NCBI GenBank assembly: GCA_046597375.1
Contig: JBKJKM010000148.1
Span: 1 to 43,898 of the forward strand
Origin: Acidimicrobiales bacterium
Lineage (GTDB): Bacteria; Actinomycetota; Acidimicrobiia; Acidimicrobiales; CADCTF01
Reading direction: 5' to 3'
Length of the DNA: 43,898 nt
The position numbers and the translations under genes were made by a program. The notes beneath the pieces were generated by a model. The model was not told where the DNA came from. It did not search any database and saw only the letters and a list, made by a program, of their open reading frames with translations. Below are positions 8,632-19,774 of this stretch, one piece after another (the first letter of the stretch is position 1; the number at the start of each line of letters is the position of its first letter).

Positions 8632-10446
8632 ATGTCCGACCCCGTGACCGGGGCACCGGCGGCGAACGCCCCGGAGCCCCGCCCGGAACCCGCCGATCCG
8701 ACCGTCGCCTCCTCCAACGGCGAGGCGACTGAGGCCGCACGCAAGAAGCGCCGCCGCGGTTCCCGCGGCGGGCGCGGTCGCGCCGTTCCGACCGCCGGCG
8801 ACGCTCCATCTCCGAGTTCGGGGCCGGATGTGGCACCGAACTCAGAAGTGGACGGGCGGGAGCGTCCCCGCATCGGCGACACCCGGCCGGCGCCGGGCAT
8901 GCGCCCGCCGGCACCAGGCTCGACGTCGTCCGAGGGTGGCGGCGCGTCGGCCAAGAAGAAGCGGCGGCGCGGCGGACGGGGCAAGAGCGGTGGCGTGTCC
9001 GGCCGACCCGAGGGCCGCAGGAGCGCCAGCAACGGCGACGTGGTGCGCGCCGGCGTCACGCTCGATGACGATCTCGGCGAGCCGATCGAACTCGACGAGG
9101 AGACGCTCGAGCGTCGACGGGGGAAGGAGCGCAACGGGCGCCCGCTCGGCCGATACCTGATGGCCGTCCACGTGCGGCCCAACGCCACCCAGATCGGTGT
9201 GCTCGAAGGGCGTTCGCTGCTCGAGCACTACGTGTCGAGGCCGACCGACGACGCCATCCAGATCGACGGCAACGTCTATCTCGCGCGGGTACAGAACGTC
9301 CTGCCCGGCATGGAAGCCGCCTTCATCGACATCGGCACGCCCAAGAACGCCGTGCTCTACCGAGGCGACGTCCGCTACGACGCCGACGACGTCGAGGCCC
9401 CGCCCGCCGGCGACAGAGGCGGTCCCGGTGCCAAGAAGCAGCAAAACCTCAAGATCGAGCAGATGTTGAAGTCGGGCCAGACGATCATGTGCCAGGTCAC
9501 CAAGAACCCCATCGGGACCAAGGGAGCACGCCTCACCCAGGAGGTCTCGCTTCCCGGGCGCTTCGTCGTGCTCATCCCCAACTCCGAGACCTACGGCATC
9601 TCCAAACGGCTCTCCGACGACGAGCGCAAGCGGCTCCGGCGCATCCTCGACGCCGTGAAGCCGGCCCAGCACGGGGTGATCGTCCGCACCGCCGCCGAGG
9701 GCACGACCGAGGACGAGCTCCGACGCGACGTACTTCGCCTGCTCAAGCAGTGGGAGCAGATCGAGGCGCTGGCCGCCCGATCGAAGGCGCCAGCCCTGCT
9801 CTACAAGGAGCCCGACCTCGCCGTTCGAGTGATCCGCGAGGAGTTCAACAAGGAGTACCGCGGTGTCGTGATCGACGATCACGCGCTGTACGAGGAGGTC
9901 AGGGACTATGTGGCGTCGATCACGCCCGAGCTGGCCGACCGTGTCGAGTTCTACGACGAAGAGGCCGACGGCCTGCCGATCTTCGAGCGCTTCCACGTGC
10001 ACGAGCAACTCCACAAGGCCCTCGACCGAAAGGTCTGGCTCCCCTCGGGCGGCTCGCTGATCATCGAGCGCACCGAGGCCCTGACCGTGATCGACGTCAA
10101 CACCGGCAAGAACGTCGGCACGACGAACCTCGAGGAGACGGTGTTCCGAAACAACCTCGAGGCGGCGGCCGAGGTGGCCCGCCAGCTCCGTCTGCGAGAC
10201 GTCGGCGGCATCATCGTCATCGACTTCATCGACATGGAGATCCGGGAGAACCGGGCCGAGGTGATGAAGGCGTTCAAGGAGGCCCTGGCTCGCGACAAGA
10301 CCCGCACGCAGGTCTTCGACATCTCCGAGCTCGGCCTGGTCGAGATGACCCGCAAACGGGTCTCCGAGGGCCTGGTCGAGTCGTTCTCCGAGACCTGTCA
10401 GGTGTGCGCCGGCCGCGGCTTGGTGTTCGACGAAACGCTCTTCTAG
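8632..10446 (+). CDS. rne: Ribonuclease E/G family endoribonuclease
   Basis: S1 region (GNVYLARVQNVLPGMEAAFID), DVNTG, LRLRDVGGIIVIDFIDM and Zn-link CQVC; disordered N-terminus with two Arg-rich motifs. Confidence 0.93.
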   Translation: MSDPVTGAPAANAPEPRPEPADPTVASSNGEATEAARKKRRRGSRGGRGRAVPTAGDAPSPSSGPDVAPNSEVDGRERPRIGDTRPAPGMRPPAPGSTSSEGGGASAKKKRRRGGRGKSGGVSGRPEGRRSASNGDVVRAGVTLDDDLGEPIELDEETLERRRGKERNGRPLGRYLMAVHVRPNATQIGVLEGRSLLEHYVSRPTDDAIQIDGNVYLARVQNVLPGMEAAFIDIGTPKNAVLYRGDVRYDADDVEAPPAGDRGGPGAKKQQNLKIEQMLKSGQTIMCQVTKNPIGTKGARLTQEVSLPGRFVVLIPNSETYGISKRLSDDERKRLRRILDAVKPAQHGVIVRTAAEGTTEDELRRDVLRLLKQWEQIEALAARSKAPALLYKEPDLAVRVIREEFNKEYRGVVIDDHALYEEVRDYVASITPELADRVEFYDEEADGLPIFERFHVHEQLHKALDRKVWLPSGGSLIIERTEALTVIDVNTGKNVGTTNLEETVFRNNLEAAAEVARQLRLRDVGGIIVIDFIDMEIRENRAEVMKAFKEALARDKTRTQVFDISELGLVEMTRKRVSEGLVESFSETCQVCAGRGLVFDETLF

Positions 10447-10477
10447 CGAGGGTTCGCTCGCAGAGCAGGGCAGCCCC

Positions 10478-10510
10478 TACAATGGTCGGCTGTTGTCCAG
10501 GGGCCGGAGG
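10478..10510 (+). promoter_or_regulatory. Putative -10 box and RBS for rplU-rpmA
   Basis: TACAAT at 10478-10483; GGAGG at 10506-10510 before GTG 10516. Confidence 0.55.
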
Positions 10511-10515
10511 CTCGG

Positions 10516-10827
10516 GTGTACGCAGTCATCAAGACGGGTGGCAAGCAGTATCGGGTACAGGAAGGCGAGCGCCTCGATGTCGAACGCCTGACGGCCGACG
10601 ACGGCGAGCTCAGCTTCGTCCCCGTCCTGCTGGTCGACGGCGAAAACGTCGTCGCGGCCGCCGGTGATCTGGCTGGCGCCAGCGTGGCCGCCCGCATCGT
10701 CGGAGAGGCCGCCGGGCCCAAGATCCGGGGCTTCGTCTACAAGAACAAGACCAACTCTCGCCGCCGCTGGGGTCATCGTCAGCACTACACGACGATCGAG
10801 ATCACCGGCATCTCGAAGGGGAACTGA
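10516..10827 (+). CDS. rplU: 50S ribosomal protein L21
   Basis: [14 protein letters not shown]...[13 protein letters not shown]. Confidence 0.98.
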   Translation: MYAVIKTGGKQYRVQEGERLDVERLTADDGELSFVPVLLVDGENVVAAAGDLAGASVAARIVGEAAGPKIRGFVYKNKTNSRRRWGHRQHYTTIEITGISKGN

Positions 10828-10831
10828 CCTC

Positions 10832-11152
10832 ATGTCGAAGACCAAGGGTGGCGGTTCCACCAGAAACGGCCGGGATTCCGAGGCCAAGCGCCTGGGTGTC
10901 AAGGTGTTCGACGGCCAGGCCGTCGGCGCCGGCGCCATCATCGTGCGTCAGCGCGGCACCCGTTTCCACCCCGGTGCGAACGTGGGACGCGGCGGCGATG
11001 ACACCCTCTTCGCCCTCGCTCCCGGCAAGGTGAAGTTCGGCTCCCGGAAGGGCCGCAAGCTGGTCGACGTGCTCGACGGCACCGAAGTGGCCCACGGGTC
11101 TGGTGGTGCGGCGGCGACAGCCACCGCATCCGCCGCCGCCTCCGACAACTAA
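10832..11152 (+). CDS. rpmA: 50S ribosomal protein L27 with Ala-rich C-terminal tail
   Basis: [16 protein letters not shown]...[23 protein letters not shown]; true start is ATG 10832. Confidence 0.98.
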   Translation: MSKTKGGGSTRNGRDSEAKRLGVKVFDGQAVGAGAIIVRQRGTRFHPGANVGRGGDDTLFALAPGKVKFGSRKGRKLVDVLDGTEVAHGSGGAAATATASAAASDN

Positions 11153-12930
11153 AGCGAGAGAACCGGGGCCTCGGCGGATTTCTCCGCCAGGGGCAAGCTC
11201 ACCTCGAAGGTCGCGCCCTTTCCGTCCTCGGCGGCGCACAGGTCGATCGTTCCGCCGATGGCCTCCACCGAGGTGCGGACGATCGCCAACCCGATACCGG
11301 TGCCTCGCGCCGAGTGGGCCGACGTGCCCCGGTAGAAGCGCTCGAAGATGTGGTCGCGATCGGCGTCGGGCACGCCAGGGCCGTTGTCGCTCACCTGGAC
11401 GCGTGCGGTGGTGCCCTCACGCCGTCCGATGATCCGGATGCTGCTCCCCGCCGGCGAGTACTTCGTGGCGTTGGTCAACAGGTTGCCGACGACTCGATGC
11501 ACGACCTCCTTCGAGGCCAAGACGACGAGGTCCTCGTCGATGTCGATACTGACCGAGCAATCGTCGAGAACGGGTGCCATGTGGTGCACGAGCTCGTCCA
11601 CGCCAGAGCGGAGGGCGAAGGGCCGCCGCTCGGCGCCCAGGTCCTGGGCTTCGAGGGCGGAGAAGTCGAGCACCTGCTCGATGAGACGCCGCAACTCGCC
11701 GGCGTTCCACGATGCCCGCTGCAACAGATCGCGCTTCTCGGCGTCGCCGATCCGATCCCACTGGAGGAGCAGGGTGTCGACGAAGCCGCAGACCGAGGTC
11801 AACGGCGTCCGGAGCTCGTGGGAGACCGTGCTCACGAAGTCGGACTTCAGCTGATCGGCTTCGGCCAGCTGCGCCGCCGCTCGGTGCTCCTGCTCGAACG
11901 CCATGGCGCGCGTGACGGCGATGGAGGCTTGACGGGCGTAGGCGCTCAGGAGGCGGAGGTCGTCATCGTCGAGGGCGGCGACGTCGGCGAAGTAGGCGTT
12001 GAGCACACCGATCGGGCGGGAGGGGGGCCCGAGGGGAATGGCGACCATGGAGCGGGCGCCGTACCGGGTCGCCGTCGGGACGATCCAGGCAAAGCGCTCG
12101 TCGGTAGAGAGGTCGGGCACGGAGATGGGCCGACCTTCGCGCATGGCCAGGCCCGATGGGCTGCGCTCCGGGTTTCGAAGCGCCTTGCGCAAGAGGTGTC
12201 GGAGCTCATCGTCCGGAATTCCGTCCTCGCCGGCGAGTTGCAGCGCGTCGGGTGCGTCGTCGACCGGCAACAGCACCATCACGGCGATGGCGTTGACGGC
12301 GGACCGTGCCGCCTGGGCGATCGAGTCCGTGGTGGCCGCCAGCGTGGGTCCAGCGTCGACGCTCTCGAGGGCGTGATGCAGCCGGCCCAGATGCCGGGCC
12401 GTCCGGCGTCGTTCGGCGGCGAGAGCGTCGAGCATGACGGCCATCGTGGCCAACACCACGGCGTACATCACGAGCGTGAATGCATCGTGACGTAGGGCGG
12501 GAGGCGACCCCCACTCGGCCGCACCCACGAGGGCGAGCGAGGCCGCGCACATGGCCAGCCCGGCCGTTCGACTGCTGACATAGGCGTGGAAGGCGACGAC
12601 GAGGAAGTAAGCGAACATCACCGCCGTCCGGGTCGACGGGATCACCAGGGCGAAGACGCCGATGGCGGCGAGGTCGATGCCGAGGTTGAGCACCCGGCCC
12701 ACCGGTCCTTCGCTCCAACGCACGGCGCGACGCGACACGAGGGTCCAGGGCAGGTAGACCCCGAGGAGGAGCGCCGTCACCCACAGCTGTTCCTGGAGGT
12801 CGTACGGCGGCAGGAGCCAAACGGCCACGAGGGCGATGGCTCCGACGCCTGCCTGCAGCATCTGGGCGATGGCCAACATGCGGTCGTACCTCTGCGTGAG
12901 GATCTCCGGCGGCGACAACGACTCCGCCAC
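11149..12930 (-). CDS. Membrane sensor histidine kinase with GAF domain (orphan in this window)
   Basis: About 5-6 TM helices, GAF (SMVAIPL..PIGVL), H-box [10 protein letters not shown]-box [11 protein letters not shown]-boxes DNGPG and GTGIGL. Start placed at GTG 12930 (GGAG upstream); ORF is open to 12987. Confidence 0.9.
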   Translation of the reverse strand: MAESLSPPEILTQRYDRMLAIAQMLQAGVGAIALVAVWLLPPYDLQEQLWVTALLLGVYLPWTLVSRRAVRWSEGPVGRVLNLGIDLAAIGVFALVIPSTRTAVMFAYFLVVAFHAYVSSRTAGLAMCAASLALVGAAEWGSPPALRHDAFTLVMYAVVLATMAVMLDALAAERRRTARHLGRLHHALESVDAGPTLAATTDSIAQAARSAVNAIAVMVLLPVDDAPDALQLAGEDGIPDDELRHLLRKALRNPERSPSGLAMREGRPISVPDLSTDERFAWIVPTATRYGARSMVAIPLGPPSRPIGVLNAYFADVAALDDDDLRLLSAYARQASIAVTRAMAFEQEHRAAAQLAEADQLKSDFVSTVSHELRTPLTSVCGFVDTLLLQWDRIGDAEKRDLLQRASWNAGELRRLIEQVLDFSALEAQDLGAERRPFALRSGVDELVHHMAPVLDDCSVSIDIDEDLVVLASKEVVHRVVGNLLTNATKYSPAGSSIRIIGRREGTTARVQVSDNGPGVPDADRDHIFERFYRGTSAHSARGTGIGLAIVRTSVEAIGGTIDLCAAEDGKGATFEVSLPLAEKSAEAPVLSL

Positions 12931-13031
12931 TCGCTTACTCCATCCCGCCTTCATCACAGACCAGCGTCCCCCATGACGGGCCTTCACGCCATGTCCCGAT
13001 CAGGCCATTTCCACCCTTCCGTTCGGGCTAG

Positions 13032-14294
<1,263 letters not shown>

Positions 14295-14304
14295 GCACGC
14301 CGTC

Positions 14305-15399
14305 GTGACGCTGGTCGTGGTGAAGGTGGGCACGTCGTCGATCACGACGCCGGCGGGCGGCATAGACGCGGAGGCTGTCGGCAAGCTGTGTGGCGAGGTG
14401 GCCGACGCTCGAACGGATGGACATCGCGTCGTGGTCGTCACGTCGGGCGCCATCTCGGCCGGGCTCCCCGCCCTAGGGATGGCGCGCCCTCGCGACGTGG
14501 CCACCTTGCAGGCCGTGGCCGCGGTCGGCCAGAGCCGGCTGATGCGGGTTTACGACGAGGTGCTGGCCGGCCACGGCATCGTCGGCGGGCAGGTGCTGTT
14601 GGCCCCCCTCGACTTCGTCCACCGGTCGCAGTACCTCCACGCCCGCCAGACGCTGCTGCGCCTGCTCGAGCTGGGCGTCGTTCCCATCGTGAACGAGAAC
14701 GATGCCATCGCCGACGACGAGATCCGCTTCGGCGACAACGACCGGCTGGCGGCCCTCGTCGCCCACCTGATCGCCGCCGAGCTCCTGGTGCTGTTGACCG
14801 ACACGCCCGGCATGTTCACCTCCGACCCGCGCCTCAACGCCGACGCGTCTCTCATCGAGGAGATCGTCGAGGTCGACCACGAGCTCGAACGGTTGGCCGG
14901 CGGACGGGGGTCGGAGCGCGGAAGTGGCGGCATGGCGTCGAAGTTGGCGGCGGCCAAGATCGCCGCGTGGTCGGGCGTTCCGGCGGTGATCGCCGGTGCT
15001 TCACGGCCCGGGGTGCTGCGCTCGGCCCTGGCCGGCGAGACCGGCGCCGGTACCTACGTGCGCCCCCACGATCGCAAGTTGCCGGCCCGCAAGCTCTGGA
15101 TCGCCTTCGCCGTCGGCGCCTCTGGCACCGTCGTGGTCGACGAGGGAGCACGCCGGGCGCTGACCGAGCGGAACACGTCTCTGCTGCCGGCAGGTGTGAT
15201 CTCGGTCTCCGGGTCCTTCGACGCCGAGGCGGCGGTCGAGATCGCCGGCCCCGACGGCGTCGTATTCGCCAAGGGGCTCGTGCGCCACCCGTCGGCTCGC
15301 GTCACCGAGTGGGCCGGTCGCCGCACGTCCGACCTGCCGCCCGACCTTCCCCGCGAGGTCGTCCATCGCGACGATCTCGTCGTCCTGCCCAAAGCCTGA
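14305..15399 (+). CDS. proB: Glutamate 5-kinase with PUA domain
   Basis: VVKVGTSS, VTSGAI, NEND, FGDNDRL, GGMASK and C-terminal PUA (VVHRDDL); start GTG 14305. Confidence 0.96.
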   Translation: MTLVVVKVGTSSITTPAGGIDAEAVGKLCGEVADARTDGHRVVVVTSGAISAGLPALGMARPRDVATLQAVAAVGQSRLMRVYDEVLAGHGIVGGQVLLAPLDFVHRSQYLHARQTLLRLLELGVVPIVNENDAIADDEIRFGDNDRLAALVAHLIAAELLVLLTDTPGMFTSDPRLNADASLIEEIVEVDHELERLAGGRGSERGSGGMASKLAAAKIAAWSGVPAVIAGASRPGVLRSALAGETGAGTYVRPHDRKLPARKLWIAFAVGASGTVVVDEGARRALTERNTSLLPAGVISVSGSFDAEAAVEIAGPDGVVFAKGLVRHPSARVTEWAGRRTSDLPPDLPREVVHRDDLVVLPKA

Positions 15400-15429
15400 T
15401 GTCGGAGTGGACGCAGCCGCTGGCGACGT

Positions 15430-16212
15430 TCAGGCGGGGGAGCCGCCTTCGGCCTCGGTCGGAGGCTCAGTGGTGCCAACCGCCGTCGCCGTCTCGAGGC
15501 CGAGCTGGCTGCGGATCTGGGACAAGCGGGCGGTGGCTTCGGAATCCATGGCCGCCTGCTCGACTTCGAGCATCCGCGACTCGACCGTCTCGCCCTGCAG
15601 CTCGCTGGCACCGAGGGCCTTGGCGTACCGCTGCTCGATCTTGTCGCGCACCTCGTTGAACGTCGGGACATCCTGGCCCACGGCCTCGCTGAGCGAGGTC
15701 ATCGCCTTGTTCATCTGCTCCTGCATCTTCGCCTGGTCGAGCTGGCTCAGCAGCTTCTGACGCTCGGTGAGGCGCTTCTGCAACACGACCGAGTTCTGCG
15801 ACACGGCGCCCTTGGCCTGGTCGCTGGCCTGGGAGGCCTGGAGGTGGAGCTGCTTCAGCGACTCGACCTCCTTCTCCGTGGTGATGAGCCGGTTGGCGAA
15901 GGATTGCGCAGCGTTGGTGAGCTCGGTGGCCTTCTTGGCGTCGCCCGCCTTGGTGGCGTCGTCGGCCATGAGCACGGCCTGGCGGGCCTTGGCATTCAGC
16001 CCTTCGAGCTCCTCCATCGACCGGTTCAGGCGCATCTCGGTCTGCTTCTGGTTGGCGATGACGTTGGCGGCCTGCTCCTTGAGCCGGCGGTGCTGGTCCT
16101 GCGCCTCGATGATCGCCTGCTCGAGCTGGACCTTCGGGTCGGCGACCTCGTTGAACTTCCCGGTGAGGGCGGCCGTGATGTAGCGCCCCATTCGACGCAG
16201 CAGCTTGATCAT
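15430..16212 (-). CDS. pspA: PspA/IM30 family protein (bacterial ESCRT-III superfamily), actinobacterial type
   Basis: Amphipathic N-helix then ADPKVQLEQAI, long coiled coil, LLSQLDQAKMQEQM and VPTFNEVRDKIEQRYA, resembling mycobacterial PspA (Rv2744c). Confidence 0.93.
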   Translation of the reverse strand: MIKLLRRMGRYITAALTGKFNEVADPKVQLEQAIIEAQDQHRRLKEQAANVIANQKQTEMRLNRSMEELEGLNAKARQAVLMADDATKAGDAKKATELTNAAQSFANRLITTEKEVESLKQLHLQASQASDQAKGAVSQNSVVLQKRLTERQKLLSQLDQAKMQEQMNKAMTSLSEAVGQDVPTFNEVRDKIEQRYAKALGASELQGETVESRMLEVEQAAMDSEATARLSQIRSQLGLETATAVGTTEPPTEAEGGSPA

Positions 16213-16230
16213 GGGGCGCGAGCGTAGGGC

Positions 16231-17001
16231 CTAGGCGTTGGCGACGGAGCCGTCTGTGCCCGAAGTCTCCTCGAGGGCCTGGCGGAGCGATTCGAGCTCG
16301 CCGACGACGCCTTCGACATCCTGGGTCAGCGGGCCGAGCTGGCTGACATCGCCGGCATGGAGCGAGATCTCGAGCGAGCGGGCGACGGCCTCGTCGAGTT
16401 GGGCATTCAGGAGGCGGAGCCGGTTGCGGGCGTCCTCGGCCACGTTGCGAAGGCGCTGCGCCGACGCCAGCTGGGCTTCGACAGCGGCCCGGGTGCGGGC
16501 GAGCGAGGCCTGGGCCGACTCGTTGCCGCGAAGGCGCACCTGCTCCTCGTGCACCTCCAGCAACTCGGCGTGGATCTCCTGTTCGTTCAGCGAGTGGATG
16601 GCGCCGTCGAGGACGTCGCCCTGCTGAGCGATCCGCCAGCACTCACCGACGCCGTCGCCGATGCGCCGGCCGATTTCCTGCAGACGCTCCTGCACCGGCC
16701 CGGATCGCGCCCGAGCCACCACCCCGTCGAATTTCCGCTGCGCCTGCTGGGCATCGACCACGAAGCGCCGCCACGGGTCACGCACACGCGACGGGTCGAT
16801 GCGCTCGCCGGCTGGGCGGCGGGGCACGGCGAAGGCGACGCGGGCGAGCCACGCGGCGGCGCCCGCCACGATCGCCAGCGGACCGAGTCCAGTGGCGATC
16901 CCGACCGCCGTCCCCGCCCCCGCAAGCAGGATGGCCGACGGCGACACCACCGCCTCCGCAACAGATCGCGTCCGGACCCTCTCGGGCAGCCGAGCGATCA
17001 A
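16231..17001 (-). CDS. Membrane protein with two TM helices and a long coiled coil (PspM-like or XpaC-like)
   Basis: N-terminal hydrophobic hairpin followed by a helical coiled coil; immediately upstream of pspA. Family inferred from architecture and context. Confidence 0.6.
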   Translation of the reverse strand: MIARLPERVRTRSVAEAVVSPSAILLAGAGTAVGIATGLGPLAIVAGAAAWLARVAFAVPRRPAGERIDPSRVRDPWRRFVVDAQQAQRKFDGVVARARSGPVQERLQEIGRRIGDGVGECWRIAQQGDVLDGAIHSLNEQEIHAELLEVHEEQVRLRGNESAQASLARTRAAVEAQLASAQRLRNVAEDARNRLRLLNAQLDEAVARSLEISLHAGDVSQLGPLTQDVEGVVGELESLRQALEETSGTDGSVANA

Positions 17002-17041
17002 CGTTGCCGCCCTGCCGGCCTCGTGGCGCTGAGTCTGGCCA

Positions 17042-18847
17042 TCAGAAGTTGCTGATCACCGCGGTGAAGACCTTGCTGATGGTTTGAGGGTCGCTGGCGT
17101 CGTAGGTGGCGGCGTTGGTCGCCTCGGAGAGGCGCTTCAGCGTGCCTTTGTCGGCGTCCTGGCCGTAGGCGATGGTGAAGAGCCGCACCGGTTTCGACGA
17201 CTGACCTTCGGAGCCGGACCGCAGGCTGGCGATGGTGGCGTTGAGGTCGTTGTAGTCGTCTTCGTTGCGCCCGTCGGTGAGCAGCACCACGGCGTTGATG
17301 CGGGTGGGGTCGAACTGCGACTTCATGAACTCGAACGATGCCGTCGAGGTCGAGTAGAGCGGTGTGCCCTCAGTGGGGACGAGGGCGGCGATCTTGCTGG
17401 CGATCAACTCGCGGTTGCCGGAGATCTCCCCGAGGGGCACGAGGTCGAGGAAGTCGCGCGGCTCCTTGGGCGCGATGTTGGTCGAGAAGATGCGCAGCCC
17501 GACCTGGTCCTCGTCCTTGAACTGATCGAGTGCGTCGATCGAGGCGCGCTTGGCCACATCGAGCTTGGTCTCGCCGCCGCCGATCTCTTCGCCCATCGAG
17601 CCGGAGACGTCGATGACAAGAAGCACCTTGGCCGCCTTGCGCTGCTCGCCCCACTTGACGAGGAGCCGGGTCAACACGTCGGGGGCGGGCACGCCGAGGG
17701 TCGTCTGGGGCTGTGCCGGGTCGACGCCGTTGGCGGCCACGATCGGCGCGCCGACCGGCACGGCGGGGTTCCCTGGCCGGAAGCCGAACTCGAGCACCTT
17801 GCGCTGATTCTCTGGCCGCTGGACGAAGGTCTCGAAGAGTCGGGCCGCCTTCTTCTGGTCAGCCTTCACCCAGCTGGCGTTGAGCACGAAAAACGGGTTG
17901 TCGGAGAAGAGGGTGCCGTCCTTCGGATACACGGCCACGAGCGGGATCCGAGGTTTGCGGGGCTGTTCGCCCGGGTCGAGGGTCCCGTCGGGGTTGCCGG
18001 CGTTGTAGTCGAGGATCGACTTCTCCTCGACGGCGATGGCCGAGATGTAGGTGAGGCCGAGGCCGGCGCGGTCGTTGCGATAGAGCCCGTTGAGGAAGGT
18101 TGGCGTGATGTCGCCGTAGTGCACGACCGACGACTCGACGCCCCGCATGAAGGTGTCGACCTCGGGACGGTTGAGGTCCTCGAGGGTGAGGTCGCTCTGC
18201 TTCTGGGTGGCCGAGTAGTACTGCGCGATCGTGGCCGAGAGGCCGCTGGTCGAGAAGTTGGGGTTGGTCTTGCCGAGCTTGAAGGCGCCCCACTCGGGAT
18301 GGCCCTTGCTGGCCCAGCCCTCGGGGTTCTGCGCCAGGGCGAGCAGGTCACCGAAGCCGACGGGTGTGGCGGGGTAGCCGAGCGCCTCGGCCATCGGCTT
18401 GGGCATGGCGATGACCAACGGGGTCACCATGAACGGTTTGGCGTCGGCCGGCGCCATCGCCGCCTTGCCCTGCGTTTCGAGACGTTGGTTGAGGATGGCG
18501 CCCCACGAGCTGGCGGCCGGCGACCAGATGACGGGACGGGGGCCGTCGCGCCCCGGATCGGGCCAGCCGTCCGCCAGGAGTGTGGCGCCGATACCGGAAG
18601 AGGTCTTGTTCACGCGGACGAACGCACACGGCTTGGCGTCCTTGGCCTCGTCGCTGCCGTTGAACTGCTCGGCCAACTGGGTGAGCAGATCGAACTTCTC
18701 CGGTGACACGGCCATGTCGACGGCGGCACATCCCGAGGGGACATCGGCCCCGCCGCCCAGGTCACTGCCCTGGTCGACGTCGACGTTGCACGCGCCAGCC
18801 ACCATGGTCGCCAGCGACAACAGAACCACTCCGAGGCGACGCCTCAT
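17042..18847 (-). CDS. Lipoprotein with solute-binding domain and C-terminal vWA domain
   Basis: Lipobox MVAGAC; SBP-like region (WSPAASSW, TPLVIAMP, KTNPNFSTSG, VYPKDGT..DNP); vWA MIDAS DVSGS...T..LLTDG. Confidence 0.88.
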   Translation of the reverse strand: MRRRLGVVLLSLATMVAGACNVDVDQGSDLGGGADVPSGCAAVDMAVSPEKFDLLTQLAEQFNGSDEAKDAKPCAFVRVNKTSSGIGATLLADGWPDPGRDGPRPVIWSPAASSWGAILNQRLETQGKAAMAPADAKPFMVTPLVIAMPKPMAEALGYPATPVGFGDLLALAQNPEGWASKGHPEWGAFKLGKTNPNFSTSGLSATIAQYYSATQKQSDLTLEDLNRPEVDTFMRGVESSVVHYGDITPTFLNGLYRNDRAGLGLTYISAIAVEEKSILDYNAGNPDGTLDPGEQPRKPRIPLVAVYPKDGTLFSDNPFFVLNASWVKADQKKAARLFETFVQRPENQRKVLEFGFRPGNPAVPVGAPIVAANGVDPAQPQTTLGVPAPDVLTRLLVKWGEQRKAAKVLLVIDVSGSMGEEIGGGETKLDVAKRASIDALDQFKDEDQVGLRIFSTNIAPKEPRDFLDLVPLGEISGNRELIASKIAALVPTEGTPLYSTSTASFEFMKSQFDPTRINAVVLLTDGRNEDDYNDLNATIASLRSGSEGQSSKPVRLFTIAYGQDADKGTLKRLSEATNAATYDASDPQTISKVFTAVISNF

Positions 18848-19774
18848 CTATCCCTCCAACAGTGCCAAAAGCACGCCAGGCGAGGGTAGCCCGTCGTCCT
18901 TCGCACCTGGCCCCACGGCCGACCAGCCGGCGGCCCGCAGGGCTTGGCCGACTCTGGCATCGTCGATGCGGCCGCCATCGGACGCCGTCGGGGTGAAGCC
19001 GGCCGTGATGCTGGCAGGCTCCGTCGGCGCGACCACGTCGAATTGCGCGTTGGCATCGAGCTTGGCGGTCTTCGCCGCCGCCGCAGTGGTGAGGTAGATG
19101 CGGGCCGAACCCTGCTGCAGCACGAAGCTGTCAAGACTGCCGGCCCCGAACCCTCCAGCGGCGGCCAATCGGTTGTTGAGGTTGTCGAGCCACGGGCGGG
19201 CGTCGGGCTGCTCGTCGAGGTCGTTGGTGGCGAAGTCGCTCCGACCGAAGAAGCCGCCGAGGGCGGCGGCCCGGGAGAAGAGCCCAGTGGGCGAAGTCAA
19301 GGAATCACCGCCCAGCCGGAAGCCGGGATCCTGGGCGGCGTCGCCGATGCACCGCCAGGTGGCGGGCGCGCAGCCGGCGGGAAACTGGCCCTTGCGGGCG
19401 ACGGCGACAAGTGACGTCGTGGCGATCGGCCGGGTCCGGGCGGCGAACAGGGGCGCTTTGGATCCGAGCATTCGGCCGTCGTCGACCATGGCGGCCCACG
19501 GTCCCGGAGCGACCCAACCTCGGATGCCGGCGCTCCCGGCGCTACGGGCGGCGATGAGGGTGGCGGCCGTTGTGGCCGCCGGTTCGACGGTGGCGCCGTC
19601 GACGGCGTCGCAGACGGCCCCGAGCTCGAGCGCGCAGTAGATGGCGCCGGCGACCTCGCCCGAGCCGCCCTTGCCACCGCCGCCGTCGTCACCACCGGGA
19701 ACGCCATAGCGGTAGACGAAGGCGCCGACGACCATTCCCAGAGCGGCCAGGACGGCGAGGATCCGGGCGACCAC
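18848..19774 (-). CDS. Membrane-anchored divergent solute-binding-like protein
   Basis: N-terminal TM; WVAPGPW, PIATTSLVAV and DSLTSPTGL echo the neighbour's SBP motifs. Start overlaps the upstream stop (TAGTG); stop abuts the next ATG. Confidence 0.65.
   Translation of the reverse strand: MVARILAVLAALGMVVGAFVYRYGVPGGDDGGGGKGGSGEVAGAIYCALELGAVCDAVDGATVEPAATTAATLIAARSAGSAGIRGWVAPGPWAAMVDDGRMLGSKAPLFAARTRPIATTSLVAVARKGQFPAGCAPATWRCIGDAAQDPGFRLGGDSLTSPTGLFSRAAALGGFFGRSDFATNDLDEQPDARPWLDNLNNRLAAAGGFGAGSLDSFVLQQGSARIYLTTAAAAKTAKLDANAQFDVVAPTEPASITAGFTPTASDGGRIDDARVGQALRAAGWSAVGPGAKDDGLPSPGVLLALLEG

Noticed and set aside
8632-9120. Arg-rich repeats in the RNase E N-terminus
   Set aside because: This is a normal feature of actinobacterial RNase E disordered regions.
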